A DNA stretch of 64,000 bases from assembly GCA_965248265.1 (NCBI GenBank), contig CBDFJF010000002.1, positions 2,720,001 to 2,784,000 on the forward strand, given 5' to 3'. The notes under the pieces are model-generated. The model was not told the DNA's origin. It worked only from the letters and a program-made list of their open reading frames with translations, and did no database searches. Numbering within the stretch: the stretch's first letter is position 1; the number at the start of each line of letters is the position of its first letter. A program made the translations under genes and the position numbers. Shown here one piece after another: positions 19,060-30,211 of the stretch. The stretch comes from Candidatus Latescibacterota bacterium (GTDB taxonomy: Bacteria; Latescibacterota; UBA2968; UBA8231).

Positions 19060-20328
19060 CTAACCTGCGCCGACGGGTTGTTCCATCAAGGCGCAGATGC
19101 CGCGCTCGAGGGTGACATCGGCCGGCAATTCTTCGAAATAGTATTCGGTTGGTTTTCCCAGGAATCCACGTACGTGGGTGGCATCGGCGGACCGCAGCAA
19201 CGCGTCCAACCGTTCGAATCGCTCCCACAGCTGATCCATTTCAGGCGTGGACAACCTTGTCAGCAGTTCCTGTTTCAGCACTGTGCTGAGCGGGGGGTGA
19301 TGGGGACCAATAACGGCCGTCGAAGTATCAACCCCGGCATCCGCTGACTGCCGCTGTGCCTCGATGTCACTTGCCAGGCGTGTCAGGATGATCAGGCAGC
19401 ATAGCCGGCCATCGGGTCCGGGGTGGAGCTTTCCTATCCCTGTCTGCAGGCGGGCACGGTCGCCGGCGATCACGGCGCGATAGATATCCTCGAACAGGCG
19501 GTACTCGGATCGGTAGAGCTCGAAGGCACGGGAAAGTCTGCCGCTGGCCGGTTCATCCAACAATCGGTAAAGATGCGGTGACACGGTGGTGCCGAGTTGG
19601 TGGGGCAGAATGTTGCCGAAGGAGCGGTAAGCGTAGTGCAGTGTCCGTCGCTTCTCGCGGCTCGTGTACTTGCTGCCCCAGTGGAGGAGCATGTTGTTAT
19701 AGACGACACCATCGCCAACCTTCAGGTCGACGCTGATGCTGCCATCGAGAGGGGTGGTGGTTCCTCCTTTTCTGTTCAGCTGCCGGGATTCCACCTCGGA
19801 GTTGAGCCGGCGATGACTGCCCGGAATCACGTTCAGGATGGCCTCGTCGTAGAGGGCGATGTTCCACTGCACGTGAGCGGGTCCGTTGGCATTCTCATCG
19901 GCGATGAGTTCGCCCAGTGGTCCGTTGTGGTCAGGTCGCACGTCCCGATGCCAGTTGCGCGGGTCGGTGCCCCAAGGCTGACCGCTGGGTTGCGGTTGCT
20001 CGGGTTCGAACTCGGGATTGCACAACACCGACACCATGTTGACGCCGATGGCATCTATAGAACAGTCTAGCAGCTGGGCGCTGACCCCCATGGTGTTGTC
20101 GTGGAGGGCGAGCTGAAAGCAGGTACGGGTGTCTCGGTCGCAGTGCTTGTCGATCAGGGTCCGCGGAAACGGCGTCGTGTCCCAGGTGGGATCGGCGGCG
20201 CGGGCGCGGGCGACGACGGTGTCGGTACTGGCGCGCACCGATTCGGTCTGATCCGGAGGCACGACCTGGTTGAGAATGACGAAACCATCCTCGAGGAATT
20301 GCTGCTTCATGGCATTGGTGATATACAT
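19060..20328 (-). CDS. PhyH family dioxygenase with C-terminal extension
   Basis: QFLEDGFVIL, WHRD, QWNIALYD, VIPGSH, LLHWGS. Confidence 0.85.
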   Translation of the reverse strand: MYITNAMKQQFLEDGFVILNQVVPPDQTESVRASTDTVVARARAADPTWDTTPFPRTLIDKHCDRDTRTCFQLALHDNTMGVSAQLLDCSIDAIGVNMVSVLCNPEFEPEQPQPSGQPWGTDPRNWHRDVRPDHNGPLGELIADENANGPAHVQWNIALYDEAILNVIPGSHRRLNSEVESRQLNRKGGTTTPLDGSISVDLKVGDGVVYNNMLLHWGSKYTSREKRRTLHYAYRSFGNILPHQLGTTVSPHLYRLLDEPASGRLSRAFELYRSEYRLFEDIYRAVIAGDRARLQTGIGKLHPGPDGRLCCLIILTRLASDIEAQRQSADAGVDTSTAVIGPHHPPLSTVLKQELLTRLSTPEMDQLWERFERLDALLRSADATHVRGFLGKPTEYYFEELPADVTLERGICALMEQPVGAG

Positions 20329-20430
20329 CCTGTGGCCCTTCGTTCCGTTTGTTGCCCACGTCGGTTACGTGGATGAAGCCCTTCAATGGTTGTGCCTCGC
20401 GGCTCGAAGGTCAAGAACTGGGGCGATTCT

Positions 20431-21822
20431 TCAGTCTTCGGGCCGTTCACCGTGGGGCGCCATCTTTACCAATCTGGGGTCGAAGCGAGCCACCACATCC
20501 ACCAAGTCGGCCTGGTCCGCCATCACTGCCTCGATGTCCTTGTAAACGAACGGAACCTCGTCCAAGCCCGCCGAGAGCAGGGTGACCCTCTTTGCGGCCA
20601 GGACCTTCTCCGCGTCCTGCCAATTGAGCGTTTTTTTCGCCGCCTTGCGACTCATGACCCGCCCTGCTCCGTGCGCGGCAGAGCATAGCGATTCCGGCTG
20701 CCCCTTGCCGCGCACGGCAAAGGCCGGACTCGCCATCGATCCCGGAATAATCCCCAATACATCCGCACCGGCAGGGGTAGCGCCCTTGCGGTGGACGATC
20801 ACCTCCCTGTCTCCGTGCTCTTCCTTCCAGGCGAAGTTGTGGTGATTCTCGATATCGAGGAGCACCTCGGCCCCCAGATGCTCCACGATATGCCGGTGGA
20901 TGCAGGCGTGGTTGGCAGCGGCGTACTGGCCCATCAGTTCCATCGCCTCCCAGTATTCCTGGCCCTCTGCCGCATCCATGTCCAACCAGGCGAGATGTCT
21001 TAGCTCTCGCGGCAGATCCGGCAGGAGTTGCTGCGCCAACTTGCTATAGTGGTCGGCGATCGCCGCGCCGGTCCCCCTGCTCCCGCTATGGCTCAGAAGC
21101 GCGAGATACGTACCGGGGGCGAGCCTTTCCAACGTGTCCTCGACCGAAAACGTGCCAAATTCGACGAAGTGGTTGCCGCTGCCGCTCGTGCCCAGCTGTT
21201 TCCAAGCCCTCTCTTTGTCTGACTTTGCAACCCTCGACAGTACCGACCAGTCGGCATCCATTACCGCGTGCTGGCGCCTGCGCTGGCCCTTGAACGAAGC
21301 GCCGATTCCAAACCGGGTTTCCGCTTTGATCGCCTGCGTCAGCCGATCCTCTCTGTTGTCGAGTGTCTCGACAGGCATATCAAGCACCGACATCTTGACG
21401 CGGCAAGCGATGTCGACGCCGACCGCGTAGGGGACCACCGCGTTGTCGGTGGCCAACACCCCGCCGATGGGCAACCCGTATCCTGGATGCGCGTCCGGCA
21501 TCAGCGCCCCCGCCACCGCCACCGGCAACGCGCAGGCATTTTCGATCTGACGGATGGATTCAGACTCGATGTTGCTCCCCCACTGCTTGTAGGGCGCCGG
21601 CTCTTCGCGCTCGACGTAGCTCCTCTGGATCAGCAACTGAGCCAGTTCCCCGTACGCCGAGTCGTCGCCGAAGGCCTGCGGGTCTTTGACGACCGCGGCA
21701 ATGGCGGTCTTTATTTCCTCGACGTTATGGCCGTCTGCGACTAGGCCGCCGATCATGTCGAAAGCGTGGGTCAACGGCGCTCCTCGCGGGATGCCCAGTT
21801 CCTGTAATTCTTTACTCTTCAT
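20431..21822 (-). CDS. rtcB: RNA 2',3'-cyclic phosphate ligase RtcB
   Basis: MPDAHPGYGLPIG, VGVDIAC, LGTSGSGNHF, HSGSRG, NHHNFAW, HRKGATPA, IPGSM, AHGAGR, DEVPFVYK. Confidence 0.95.
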   Translation of the reverse strand: MKSKELQELGIPRGAPLTHAFDMIGGLVADGHNVEEIKTAIAAVVKDPQAFGDDSAYGELAQLLIQRSYVEREEPAPYKQWGSNIESESIRQIENACALPVAVAGALMPDAHPGYGLPIGGVLATDNAVVPYAVGVDIACRVKMSVLDMPVETLDNREDRLTQAIKAETRFGIGASFKGQRRRQHAVMDADWSVLSRVAKSDKERAWKQLGTSGSGNHFVEFGTFSVEDTLERLAPGTYLALLSHSGSRGTGAAIADHYSKLAQQLLPDLPRELRHLAWLDMDAAEGQEYWEAMELMGQYAAANHACIHRHIVEHLGAEVLLDIENHHNFAWKEEHGDREVIVHRKGATPAGADVLGIIPGSMASPAFAVRGKGQPESLCSAAHGAGRVMSRKAAKKTLNWQDAEKVLAAKRVTLLSAGLDEVPFVYKDIEAVMADQADLVDVVARFDPRLVKMAPHGERPED

Positions 21823-21917
21823 TTCATCCACTCCTGCCGCGTTTTCCTGCGTGGATGTAACGCCTCGGCAGCATGTGCTCGGCGAGTCGGGTACACTCAG
21901 CAATCAGCAAAGACAAT

Positions 21918-21965
21918 GCATGGTGGATAAAAAGCGGATTATCATTAGTCGGTCAAGTGGGTTTC
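21918..21965 (-). mobile_element. Short IS91-type oriIS remnant
   Basis: GCATGGTGGATAAAAAGCGGATTATCATTAGTCGGTCAAGTGGGTTT resembles 8430-8475. Confidence 0.6.
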
Positions 21966-22019
21966 GCGCCTTGCGACGCTGCAAGAGCTAGTTATCGCCT
22001 AACAACAGGGAGCAGAGAC

Positions 22020-23624
22020 ATGGCAAAGCCTCGCATGATGTTCTACCACGACGGACGTCACCCGCTGATCTACATGTACGAGCCACCGATGCAGAAGGAG
22101 GAGTACGAGGCGGGTGTGGACGAGCTGGTGGGCACGTCCATCGAGGCGATCATGTTCTGTCTGGGGGATGGGCGTACGATGTTGCATGACACCAAGGTAG
22201 GAGAGCTATGGGGCACTCCTACCCAGAAGTGGCCCCACCTGGGCTTCCGCAGGGCATACCAGAACGCCAAACACCTTATCGAGGAGGGGAACGACCCCCT
22301 GCAGGTGATCTGTGACCGGGCTCATGCCAAGGGTCTGCTGCTGTACCCCACGCTGCTGGTGCAGCAGTGGAGCGGGGATCCCGAGGCCGATCCCGGTAAC
22401 TTTGCCCGCACCTCCAGCTTCCGCCTGGAGAACAAGCATTTGGAGATCGGTGCCAGGGGGGATCTGGATCCAGAAGCTCGGTCGACCCATTACCTGGACT
22501 TCAAGCACGAAGAGGTGAGGGGGGAGCGGTTCGCGCTGATCCAGGAGACCGTGGACCGGTACCCGGTGGATGGTTTCGAGCTGCAGTTGAACTACGGGCT
22601 CGCCTACTTCCACCCTGACGAGATGGAGGAAGGCCGTCGGACCATGACCGGCTGGATTCGCCGCGTGTATGAGGCGGTCAAGAAGGGTGGCCCGGACCGA
22701 GAGCTGGTACTCCGTGTACCTACCAGCATCGAGATGGCGCATTCCATCGGGCTGGACCTGCGGGAGTGGATCGATCAGGGCATCGTGGACGTGCTCGTGG
22801 GTGAGGAGTTCCACAGGTCCACTTCGCTGAGTTTCTCCTTCGCGAATCCGGGCATCGATTTCACCGAGCTGGTCGAGGTTGCCAGAGGCTCAGGCTGCCG
22901 TGTGCACGCCTCGATCTACAGCCACCTGGACTCGGACCGCCTGAGCCAGGCGACTATCGAGATGATCCGGGCTTCGGCGTGTAACTACTGGGAGCAGGGC
23001 ATCGACGGGATGTACCTGTCGCACTGGTTCAGCAACTGGCCGTACCAAGGGTCATTCTACGAAAAGCTGCGCGAGCTGCCGCACCCTGATGTCATGGCAC
23101 CCAGAGACAAGATCTACCATGTACCGACCAGTACCGGAGTCTACCCTGACCCAGCATCGGAGCCTGGGGTGCCGATGCAGCTGCCGGCGGACCTGGAGGT
23201 GAACGAGCCAATCGAAATAGCGCTTACGATTGCCGACGACCTAGCTCGCTGGGATGCCGCGGGTCGTGTCCACGAGGTGCTGTTGCGGGTGCGAATGATC
23301 GAGACAACGGAGCTAGACCGGTATCGCTTCAAGCTGAATGGCAGCGAGCTGCCCGACCGGCTGCTGCGCAAGATCAACCGGATGTACATGATGGGCGCGC
23401 CCCGATACCGGGTGAGGGGCTACTGGTACGTCTTCAGGCTGGACCGCGAGCACTGGCCCCAGAAGGGACACAATAACGTCGAGGTAACCCTTCTTGAGCG
23501 GGATCCTGACGTGACCCCCCAGGTTCGGCTGCGCGACGTGGAGCTTGAGATCAAGTACCTGATGGGCAAGAACTTCCATCGTGACTTCGTAGACCCGGAC
23601 CTTGGACCGTATGAGCACTCGTAG
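22020..23624 (+). CDS. Glycoside hydrolase-like protein (GHL10-like)
   Basis: MFYHDGRHPLIY, LDFKHEEVR, YPVDGFELQL, GIDGMYL. Confidence 0.65.
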   Translation: MAKPRMMFYHDGRHPLIYMYEPPMQKEEYEAGVDELVGTSIEAIMFCLGDGRTMLHDTKVGELWGTPTQKWPHLGFRRAYQNAKHLIEEGNDPLQVICDRAHAKGLLLYPTLLVQQWSGDPEADPGNFARTSSFRLENKHLEIGARGDLDPEARSTHYLDFKHEEVRGERFALIQETVDRYPVDGFELQLNYGLAYFHPDEMEEGRRTMTGWIRRVYEAVKKGGPDRELVLRVPTSIEMAHSIGLDLREWIDQGIVDVLVGEEFHRSTSLSFSFANPGIDFTELVEVARGSGCRVHASIYSHLDSDRLSQATIEMIRASACNYWEQGIDGMYLSHWFSNWPYQGSFYEKLRELPHPDVMAPRDKIYHVPTSTGVYPDPASEPGVPMQLPADLEVNEPIEIALTIADDLARWDAAGRVHEVLLRVRMIETTELDRYRFKLNGSELPDRLLRKINRMYMMGAPRYRVRGYWYVFRLDREHWPQKGHNNVEVTLLERDPDVTPQVRLRDVELEIKYLMGKNFHRDFVDPDLGPYEHS

Positions 23625-23701
23625 GACTGGATATGTATTACGTGCGGGAGTTTGCCGCAGGCAAACCCAAAGAGACCGATCGTTAGATCGGTCTCTCCTA
23701 T

Positions 23702-24781
23702 TCAGGGGAATAACGGGTGCTCCAGGGCCTCCTCGTAGGTCTGCGCTCGTCCCGAGTGGTCGCCGCCGAGCCATCGGTAGGGCTTGGGGTAGAGCGTCAG
23801 TGAACGGTCCTCCAACGGAAGCTTCAGTGGCACACTGCCCCACAGCGCCGAGTACTTGGCGGCAATCGCCACCTCCAGTGACTGCCGCAGGTCGTGTCCA
23901 GATACGAACAGCTCGCCGCCATTCGATACCACGTCGAGGAAGGACAGGATCGTGGTGCCCAGGTACGAGAACCGGGGGTATCGCTCGGGTGCGTACGCCC
24001 GGTCTACCTTGATTCGGGCGCCGCTCGGGTCGAAACCCTGGTAGATTTCGGGCGTCACCCAGTCCCAGCGGACGAGGGTATCGTCGGTCCATACGTCGAC
24101 CCCGTGACATGGGGTCCGCTGGCCGAAAACAGGACAGCTGAGGCCGTTGGTCAAGCTGAACAGCCCGTTGATGATCAGACCTTCGTCCGTGTCGCTCTTG
24201 AGCGCCTCTTCGGGGGTACCCCAGGCGATGACTTCACTCACCTCGGCCTGGGCCAGGAGCCGCAGCACGGCGATATGCTGGCACCCACCACCCGAAACCT
24301 CGCCGCTGCCCCATCCATGCACGCTGGCGCCGCGCAACTCCCCGTAGTCGCCGGCGCGCAGCCAACCGGCGACCTCCTGGATCGGCGACATCGCCCGCTT
24401 GAGGTTACCGCCGGCAAAGACGACGCCGCGCTCGGCACACACGTCGACCATTTCGTCGGCATCTGCCAGACACGCCGCGATCGGCTTGTCCGTGGACACC
24501 CCCTTGACCCCCGCCTGGGCGCTGGCGATCACCGCCTCCTTTATGTGCTTGGCGGGCAGCACGACGGCGGCCAGGTCAGGCACGATCTCCCGGTACATGG
24601 CCTCCGCGTCCGGGTAGAGCGCTTTGATACCGAAGCGTTCACCGACTGCCCGCCGCCGGTCCGGGTTGATCTCTGCAATGGCGACCAATTCAGTATCTGG
24701 GAGCGTCTGATAGACCTCGGCATAGTGCTGACCGAGGCGCCCGCCACCAATTACGGCAACGGTATGTTTGGGCTCAGCCAT
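23702..24781 (-). CDS. Gfo/Idh/MocA oxidoreductase
   Basis: VAVIGGGRLG, LVAIAE, DKPIA. Confidence 0.85.
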   Translation of the reverse strand: MAEPKHTVAVIGGGRLGQHYAEVYQTLPDTELVAIAEINPDRRRAVGERFGIKALYPDAEAMYREIVPDLAAVVLPAKHIKEAVIASAQAGVKGVSTDKPIAACLADADEMVDVCAERGVVFAGGNLKRAMSPIQEVAGWLRAGDYGELRGASVHGWGSGEVSGGGCQHIAVLRLLAQAEVSEVIAWGTPEEALKSDTDEGLIINGLFSLTNGLSCPVFGQRTPCHGVDVWTDDTLVRWDWVTPEIYQGFDPSGARIKVDRAYAPERYPRFSYLGTTILSFLDVVSNGGELFVSGHDLRQSLEVAIAAKYSALWGSVPLKLPLEDRSLTLYPKPYRWLGGDHSGRAQTYEEALEHPLFP

Positions 24782-24990
24782 GATTGACTCCACCTGAAGG
24801 TCGCGAGTGCCGAGCGAGTTACGTCTGTTCCGACTCACCTTTGCAACCAATGCTGCACTGGTCTGTCAAGAAACTCGTCCAGCGGTACGCCGTCGCCACC
24901 CACCAGCAGCGTGCGATCTGGCTGGAAGGCGTCGGAACACCAATCGTGGGCAAATGTCGGGTCTAATGCGTCGGCGAAAATCCATGTGCT

Positions 24991-26139
24991 TTAGGCTTGG
25001 ATCAGACGAAACGCAGGATCGAACAGATCGCCGATCTGACTTTGATCGCCAGACATGAAGGCACTGTAAATCCTGGCTTCTCGTTGTTCCATGCGGTCGC
25101 CGTCGAATGCGTGGGCGCGTGTTCTGGCCGCAATCCCCAAGCTACGACGCAGGTTCACATCGTCCATGAGACGGGCAAATCCGTCCCTGAAGGCATCTGC
25201 ACTACGGTCGACGATCAGTCCCGTGTCCCCCAACAATTCCGGAATTGGCTCCGTCGGACAGGCGACAACGGGAAGCCCAGACGCCATAGCCTCTAACACA
25301 GGTATGCAGAATCCCTCATACAGCGTAGACATCGCAAAAACGTCCGCTGCACGGTAAGTCTCATGAATGCGATCATTGGGAACGGACGGGACAAAGGACA
25401 CCCTCGCGCCCATATCGAGTTCCTCGACGAGCCGATGTAGCTTGTCTTCCAACTCCCCCTGACCGACCAAGACGAGATTCGCATCGAGCGGCTTGATCGC
25501 ACGGATGATCGTCTCCGGATCTTTCTGGGGATCCAGGCGCATGACTGAAAGAATGGTGAGAGGTCTGTTCTCCGAATACTTGCGTTCATGAACGAACTGA
25601 GAAGTGTAGACCCGATTGTAGTTCGTGATCGTACGTTCGGACCCGTGCCGCTTCGCGTATCGGTGCAGGTAGTTGCTCACGCAGATGACGGCCGACGCCT
25701 TGCTCATGGTATATCTCTCGAGCGGTCGGACCAGGTTGAGCAAGACGGGCCGCTCGTATCGTCGCACCACGTCGATGTCGTTGTGGATCGAGGCCACGCA
25801 CGGAATGCCCAGGCATCTGCCAGCATACACACCTAGGCTCCCACATTGCCAGGGGCCATGAGCACGAATGATGTCTGGCTCGATCCTACTGACTAGACTG
25901 CGAACGCGCGGATAGTAAAAGGGAAGGGTAGCCATGTTCGGCCGCCCAATTTCATGGATGTAGAGCTTCGCATTCCCCACGAGGGCCTGTACGGAGCTTG
26001 GCTCGACATCTTTCTTGCACAGCGAGATGATGTGGACCTCGTCGAAGAGGCCCTGCGGGTTCCAATACCGAGTCTTTATCTCGCCCTTCTGATAGTACTT
26101 GTAGAGAGGATCTCCAGGTACTACCACAAGTCTACTCAT
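24991..26139 (-). CDS. GT4 glycosyltransferase
   Basis: RLDPQKD, ADVFAMSTLYEGFCIPVLEAMASGLPVV. Confidence 0.9.
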   Translation of the reverse strand: MSRLVVVPGDPLYKYYQKGEIKTRYWNPQGLFDEVHIISLCKKDVEPSSVQALVGNAKLYIHEIGRPNMATLPFYYPRVRSLVSRIEPDIIRAHGPWQCGSLGVYAGRCLGIPCVASIHNDIDVVRRYERPVLLNLVRPLERYTMSKASAVICVSNYLHRYAKRHGSERTITNYNRVYTSQFVHERKYSENRPLTILSVMRLDPQKDPETIIRAIKPLDANLVLVGQGELEDKLHRLVEELDMGARVSFVPSVPNDRIHETYRAADVFAMSTLYEGFCIPVLEAMASGLPVVACPTEPIPELLGDTGLIVDRSADAFRDGFARLMDDVNLRRSLGIAARTRAHAFDGDRMEQREARIYSAFMSGDQSQIGDLFDPAFRLIQA

Positions 26140-26449
26140 CGACCGACCTCGGTTTTCTGGTTCATCTTCTTGAAAAAAGCCACGAAGGAGCTCGACGTGC
26201 CACTGATGTTGGCGATGACCCGGTTTTGTAGGTATAGGGATCATGCTCCGATACTGTCAACTCTGTGAAAATTGCCTTAGCAGCAATCCTTCGTCGGGAT
26301 GACACAATCAAGCTTCGATGGTATCTTAGTACTCCCCCCACTCTGCAGTGCAATACTCTCCAACTCCCTTCCGTGAATTCATCTCGCGCCAGTCAGGTTG
26401 CTGCCGTGAGTATCTGAGCTGTCGATCCGAATCGCATGGGAGCATCTGT

Positions 26450-28270
26450 ATGTCTGTGATCCTGGGTCTGCATGTCGGCCACGACGGGACGGCCGGTCTC
26501 GTCATCGACGGGCGGATCGTGGCCGCCATAGGTGAGGAACGGCTCAGTAGAACCAAGCAGCACTATGGCTATCCATATCTCGCGATCGCCGAAGTGTTGA
26601 GTGAAGGGGGCGTAAGTCCGGAGCATGTCGAACAGATCGCGATCGGTGGCGATGAGGTGATGAATCTGAATCCATGGCAGATCCGACATATCTATTCACG
26701 GGAAGAGAAGGGGATCACGGATTTCTCCAATGCCGTGCCTCGTATGGTTGGCTGCGAGGCAGTGATCGGAGCACTGGGGATTGGTACTCGTAAGGTTCTC
26801 GGACTCGCAGACGCAAGGCCAGTACGGGCACGACGAGCACTGGAGGGTGCCCTGCGCGACAGTGGTCTCGACCCCGGGCGGATGAGGAACTTCGACCATC
26901 ACCTATGTCATGCTGCCGGCGCCTACGGTACATCACCCTTCGACGAAGCGCTCGCCGTCACCATCGATGGATACGGGGATGGCGTGAACACGGCGTTATG
27001 GCGCTGTTACCCCAAGGGCATTGAGAGGATCGCCTACGGTCCCAGACCGGATGATGCAGCCGCCTATTCCCCCGGCGACTTCTACTCCTACGCAACGTGC
27101 ATGCTCGGCTATAAACGCAACCGACATGAGGGTAAGATCACAGGGCTGGCGGCGCTCGCCGACCCCAACGATCTCTACGCAACACTCGAGGATCTACTCG
27201 TCGTGGATGAGGAAAACGCTGCATTCTCCTCGAGTGTCACGGCTTTCCGCAATACAGGTGAACGCCGCCCACACGTGATCCTTGAGCGCCTGGCACGCTG
27301 GGCCTTCACCGGCAAGCTGTGGGACCCGCTCCTGGTGCGCGAATTGGAGAGACGATGTGATGGGGCGTCCCCGGCACAGGTGGCAGCGGCAGTTCAACAG
27401 TTGGTTGAGAATCGCATCGTCAGCGTTGTCGACCACTGGGTGCAGAAGACGGGTCAGCGAAATATCTGCCTCGCCGGGGGTGTCTTCGCCAACGTGAAGA
27501 TCAACCAACGCATCGCCGAATTGCCGGGCGTAGATGAAGTCTACATCCACCCCAACATGGGAGACGGTGGACTAGCGATGGGTGCCGCCCTGCTCGCCAG
27601 CGGCAATGGTGTTTTACCAAGACAGATGATAGACGACGTCTTCCTTGGCCCAACCTACTCCGACAACCAGATCGAGAAGGCTCTACGCGCCGCAGATGTC
27701 ACCTTCGCGCACGACCCTCAGATCGAACACAGAATCGCCGACGCTGTCCACAATGGGCGCATCGTGGCTCGTTTCGACGGTCGCATGGAATATGGGCCAC
27801 GTGCCCTGGGGAATCGTACGATCATCGCTTCCCCGACCGATGCCAGTATCAACGACTGGCTCAACAAACGCCTACATCGAACCGAGTTCATGCCCTTCGC
27901 GCCGGCGGTACTTGCCGAAGACGGGCCGAAAGTTTTTGAGAACTTCCGAGCAACACAAGCCTTGAAATTCATGACGATCACGATGGATGTGAAACCGGAA
28001 TGGATCGAGCGCGCGCCAGCAGTGTGCCATGTTGACGGCACAGCTCGGCCACAGCTTCTCGATCCAGTCAACACGCCTTCCTTCTACAAGACCGTGCAGG
28101 CTTACAAAGCCCTCTCCGGTCTGCCGCTACTGATCAACACCAGCTACAACATGCACGAAGAGCCAATCGTCTGTAGTCCGAGTGATGCCATTCGGGCATT
28201 CAAATTGGGCCACCTCGACGTGTTAGCCATCGGACCTTTCTGGGTCTCCCAGCCGCGCCAGGCCGACTGA
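26450..28270 (+). CDS. Carbamoyltransferase (NodU/CmcH/TobZ family)
   Basis: GHDG..A, EERLSRTK, HHLCHA, DGYGD, EGKITGLA, AGGVFANVK, EYGPRALGNR, HVDGTAR, NTSYN. Confidence 0.93.
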   Translation: MSVILGLHVGHDGTAGLVIDGRIVAAIGEERLSRTKQHYGYPYLAIAEVLSEGGVSPEHVEQIAIGGDEVMNLNPWQIRHIYSREEKGITDFSNAVPRMVGCEAVIGALGIGTRKVLGLADARPVRARRALEGALRDSGLDPGRMRNFDHHLCHAAGAYGTSPFDEALAVTIDGYGDGVNTALWRCYPKGIERIAYGPRPDDAAAYSPGDFYSYATCMLGYKRNRHEGKITGLAALADPNDLYATLEDLLVVDEENAAFSSSVTAFRNTGERRPHVILERLARWAFTGKLWDPLLVRELERRCDGASPAQVAAAVQQLVENRIVSVVDHWVQKTGQRNICLAGGVFANVKINQRIAELPGVDEVYIHPNMGDGGLAMGAALLASGNGVLPRQMIDDVFLGPTYSDNQIEKALRAADVTFAHDPQIEHRIADAVHNGRIVARFDGRMEYGPRALGNRTIIASPTDASINDWLNKRLHRTEFMPFAPAVLAEDGPKVFENFRATQALKFMTITMDVKPEWIERAPAVCHVDGTARPQLLDPVNTPSFYKTVQAYKALSGLPLLINTSYNMHEEPIVCSPSDAIRAFKLGHLDVLAIGPFWVSQPRQAD

Positions 28271-28699
28271 CAGAGAGGTTCGGGAAATGAAGGCCAGGAA
28301 TGCGAGCGTCTTCGCTGGCATTCATTGCCCTGGGTGTCCTGCTCTTTGCCCTTGGTGGCGCTCAGGTAGCGGAATTTACCCCAGAAGGTGCAGCCTCGGA
28401 ATCTAGCTGGGGACGGGGGCGCGCCGGGGTGATCGGCCGGGGTACCATGTCGGGGATGTGTAGTTATAAACATCATAGTCGTTACAAACGTCATAGTCGT
28501 GAGTCTATATCGGTCTGAGCGTGTGTCGAGATAGTTTCTTCACATTACACCCTCCCCGGAAACGATCGCCCCCGCACCTGCTTGAACGGTGGCATCTTCG
28601 GCGCATCAGTGACCGCATCGTCTTTGAATGACCTCGCCCGCATGTAGTGGACAGCGCAACCGCGGCGACGGGCGGCAGATTGGTTGGCACCGCTGCAGT

Positions 28700-29405
28700 G
28701 CAGGGTGAGACTGTGATGGAAGCTGATGCTGCCAGACCCCAGCGGTGCTAGCACAGACGGCCATCGACCCTGGTTGAGGTCATCCACGAAGGGAGCTACC
28801 CGCTCCAAGTTGCCGCCGCTGCCATCAGGCACCAGAACCAGGACACTCTCTACTCCATGGCCAGCGGTAGTGACAAACAGGGGCGGAAATTCACTGGCGT
28901 CGGTGCGGATGACGTTGGGACGGAAGTAGGCGTCGTCAATGAAGCCATCGTAATACTGCCATGGCCGCTCGATCCTACCCTCGCCCTCGAGGATCTCGAT
29001 CCCGACAAACGGCTCCGTTACCAAGATGGGCCCATCGCTCGGAAAGAAGGCGATTCTGAAGTCATGCAGGCCAGCGTCGGAGTGCTTGAAGACCAGGGGA
29101 TGTTCCACGCGGCCGTTAACGACAAGAGCGCGGTGCTCGAGGATCCCTCGTGATGAGTCGAACTCGAACGTCAACGCCGGAATTCCCTCATCTGCGACGC
29201 TGCCCCTGACCCAATATGTCTCGCCCGTCGTGAACCGCGTGGGCAATGGTGCGTCCAAGGCGATGATCCCATCAAGATACTCCTCCGGAACTGACTGTCC
29301 GAACGCGGCCGTGCTCACGACGCAACCAGCCAACCAGGCTACCACGAGACGGTTGGTTCCTGAGTGAAGCGCTGCTTGGTAGCCATTGAGATGAACGTGA
29401 GGCAT
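28700..29405 (-). pseudogene. Hypothetical secreted protein, probably 3'-truncated
   Basis: Signal-like N-terminus, coherent for ~200 aa then low-quality tail. Confidence 0.4.
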
Positions 29406-29433
29406 AGTGTCGCAATCACCGGCGGCCTACAAC

Positions 29434-30075
29434 CTAACCAACCTTGACCTCGGTACCCGCCATCTGCTCTTCAACATGTGCGACGCAGTCGGCAACCGAC
29501 TTGAAAGGGTGATTGGGGTAAGCCTCGAGGCTGAAGTCCAGGTCGTTGGGGCCAAAGGCGAACATGTCCACACCCGGCTTGGCGAGTAGTCTGGCATTGG
29601 TCACCGCATGCACGGACTCGAGCTGGAGGATGAGGATACCCGTCTGGTTCCACCACTCGGCGTATTCCAGCCGCTCGCTGCTGTCGTCGAAGCCGTATCC
29701 CCAGAGCGGGCCCCAGCTCCTCTTGCCGAGGGGCGGGTAGTAGAAAGCATCGATCGCCTCGTCGACAGTCGCTTCGGTTTCAACCTGAGGCACCATGATT
29801 GCCATCGGACCGAGGTCGACGTAATTGCCGATCAAATAGGCGTGGCGAGTGTGCTTGATGCGCAGTTGCACGGGGATGTCGAGTTCGTCAGCCGCGGCAC
29901 AGATGGACACCAGGCTCTCTTCATTGAGAGGGCCGTGCTGTCCGTCCACCGAGAACATGTCGACGGTGCTTCGCGCGGCGATCTCTTCGAGCTGTTGCCT
30001 GGTTGCCGTCAGGGGCGCGGGCACGACTTCGACGTCAGCTCCGCTACGTAGTCTCTGTTTGAGTGATTCGGGCAT
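29434..30075 (-). CDS. HpcH/HpaI aldolase family protein
   Basis: VDGQHGP, IMVPQVET, YYPPLGKRSWG, QLES, FGPNDL. Confidence 0.85.
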   Translation of the reverse strand: MPESLKQRLRSGADVEVVPAPLTATRQQLEEIAARSTVDMFSVDGQHGPLNEESLVSICAAADELDIPVQLRIKHTRHAYLIGNYVDLGPMAIMVPQVETEATVDEAIDAFYYPPLGKRSWGPLWGYGFDDSSERLEYAEWWNQTGILILQLESVHAVTNARLLAKPGVDMFAFGPNDLDFSLEAYPNHPFKSVADCVAHVEEQMAGTEVKVG

Positions 30076-30211
30076 GTTGCCACCTTCCTGGTTCACTACC
30101 GAGTTTTGCGCTTGGTTTGTTATGTCCTGGAATATGACCAGTGGCTGAATGTGCCTATCCCGTTGAGGATCTGGCAAGACCCCCGACACCTCTTCTTATA
30201 GAGGCAACGAC

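Noticed and set aside
21997-22006. Integron attC sites (GCCTAACAAC here; GCTAACAAGG at 59172)
   Set aside because: No convincing complementary GTTRRRY end or inner L boxes, and no integrase in the window.
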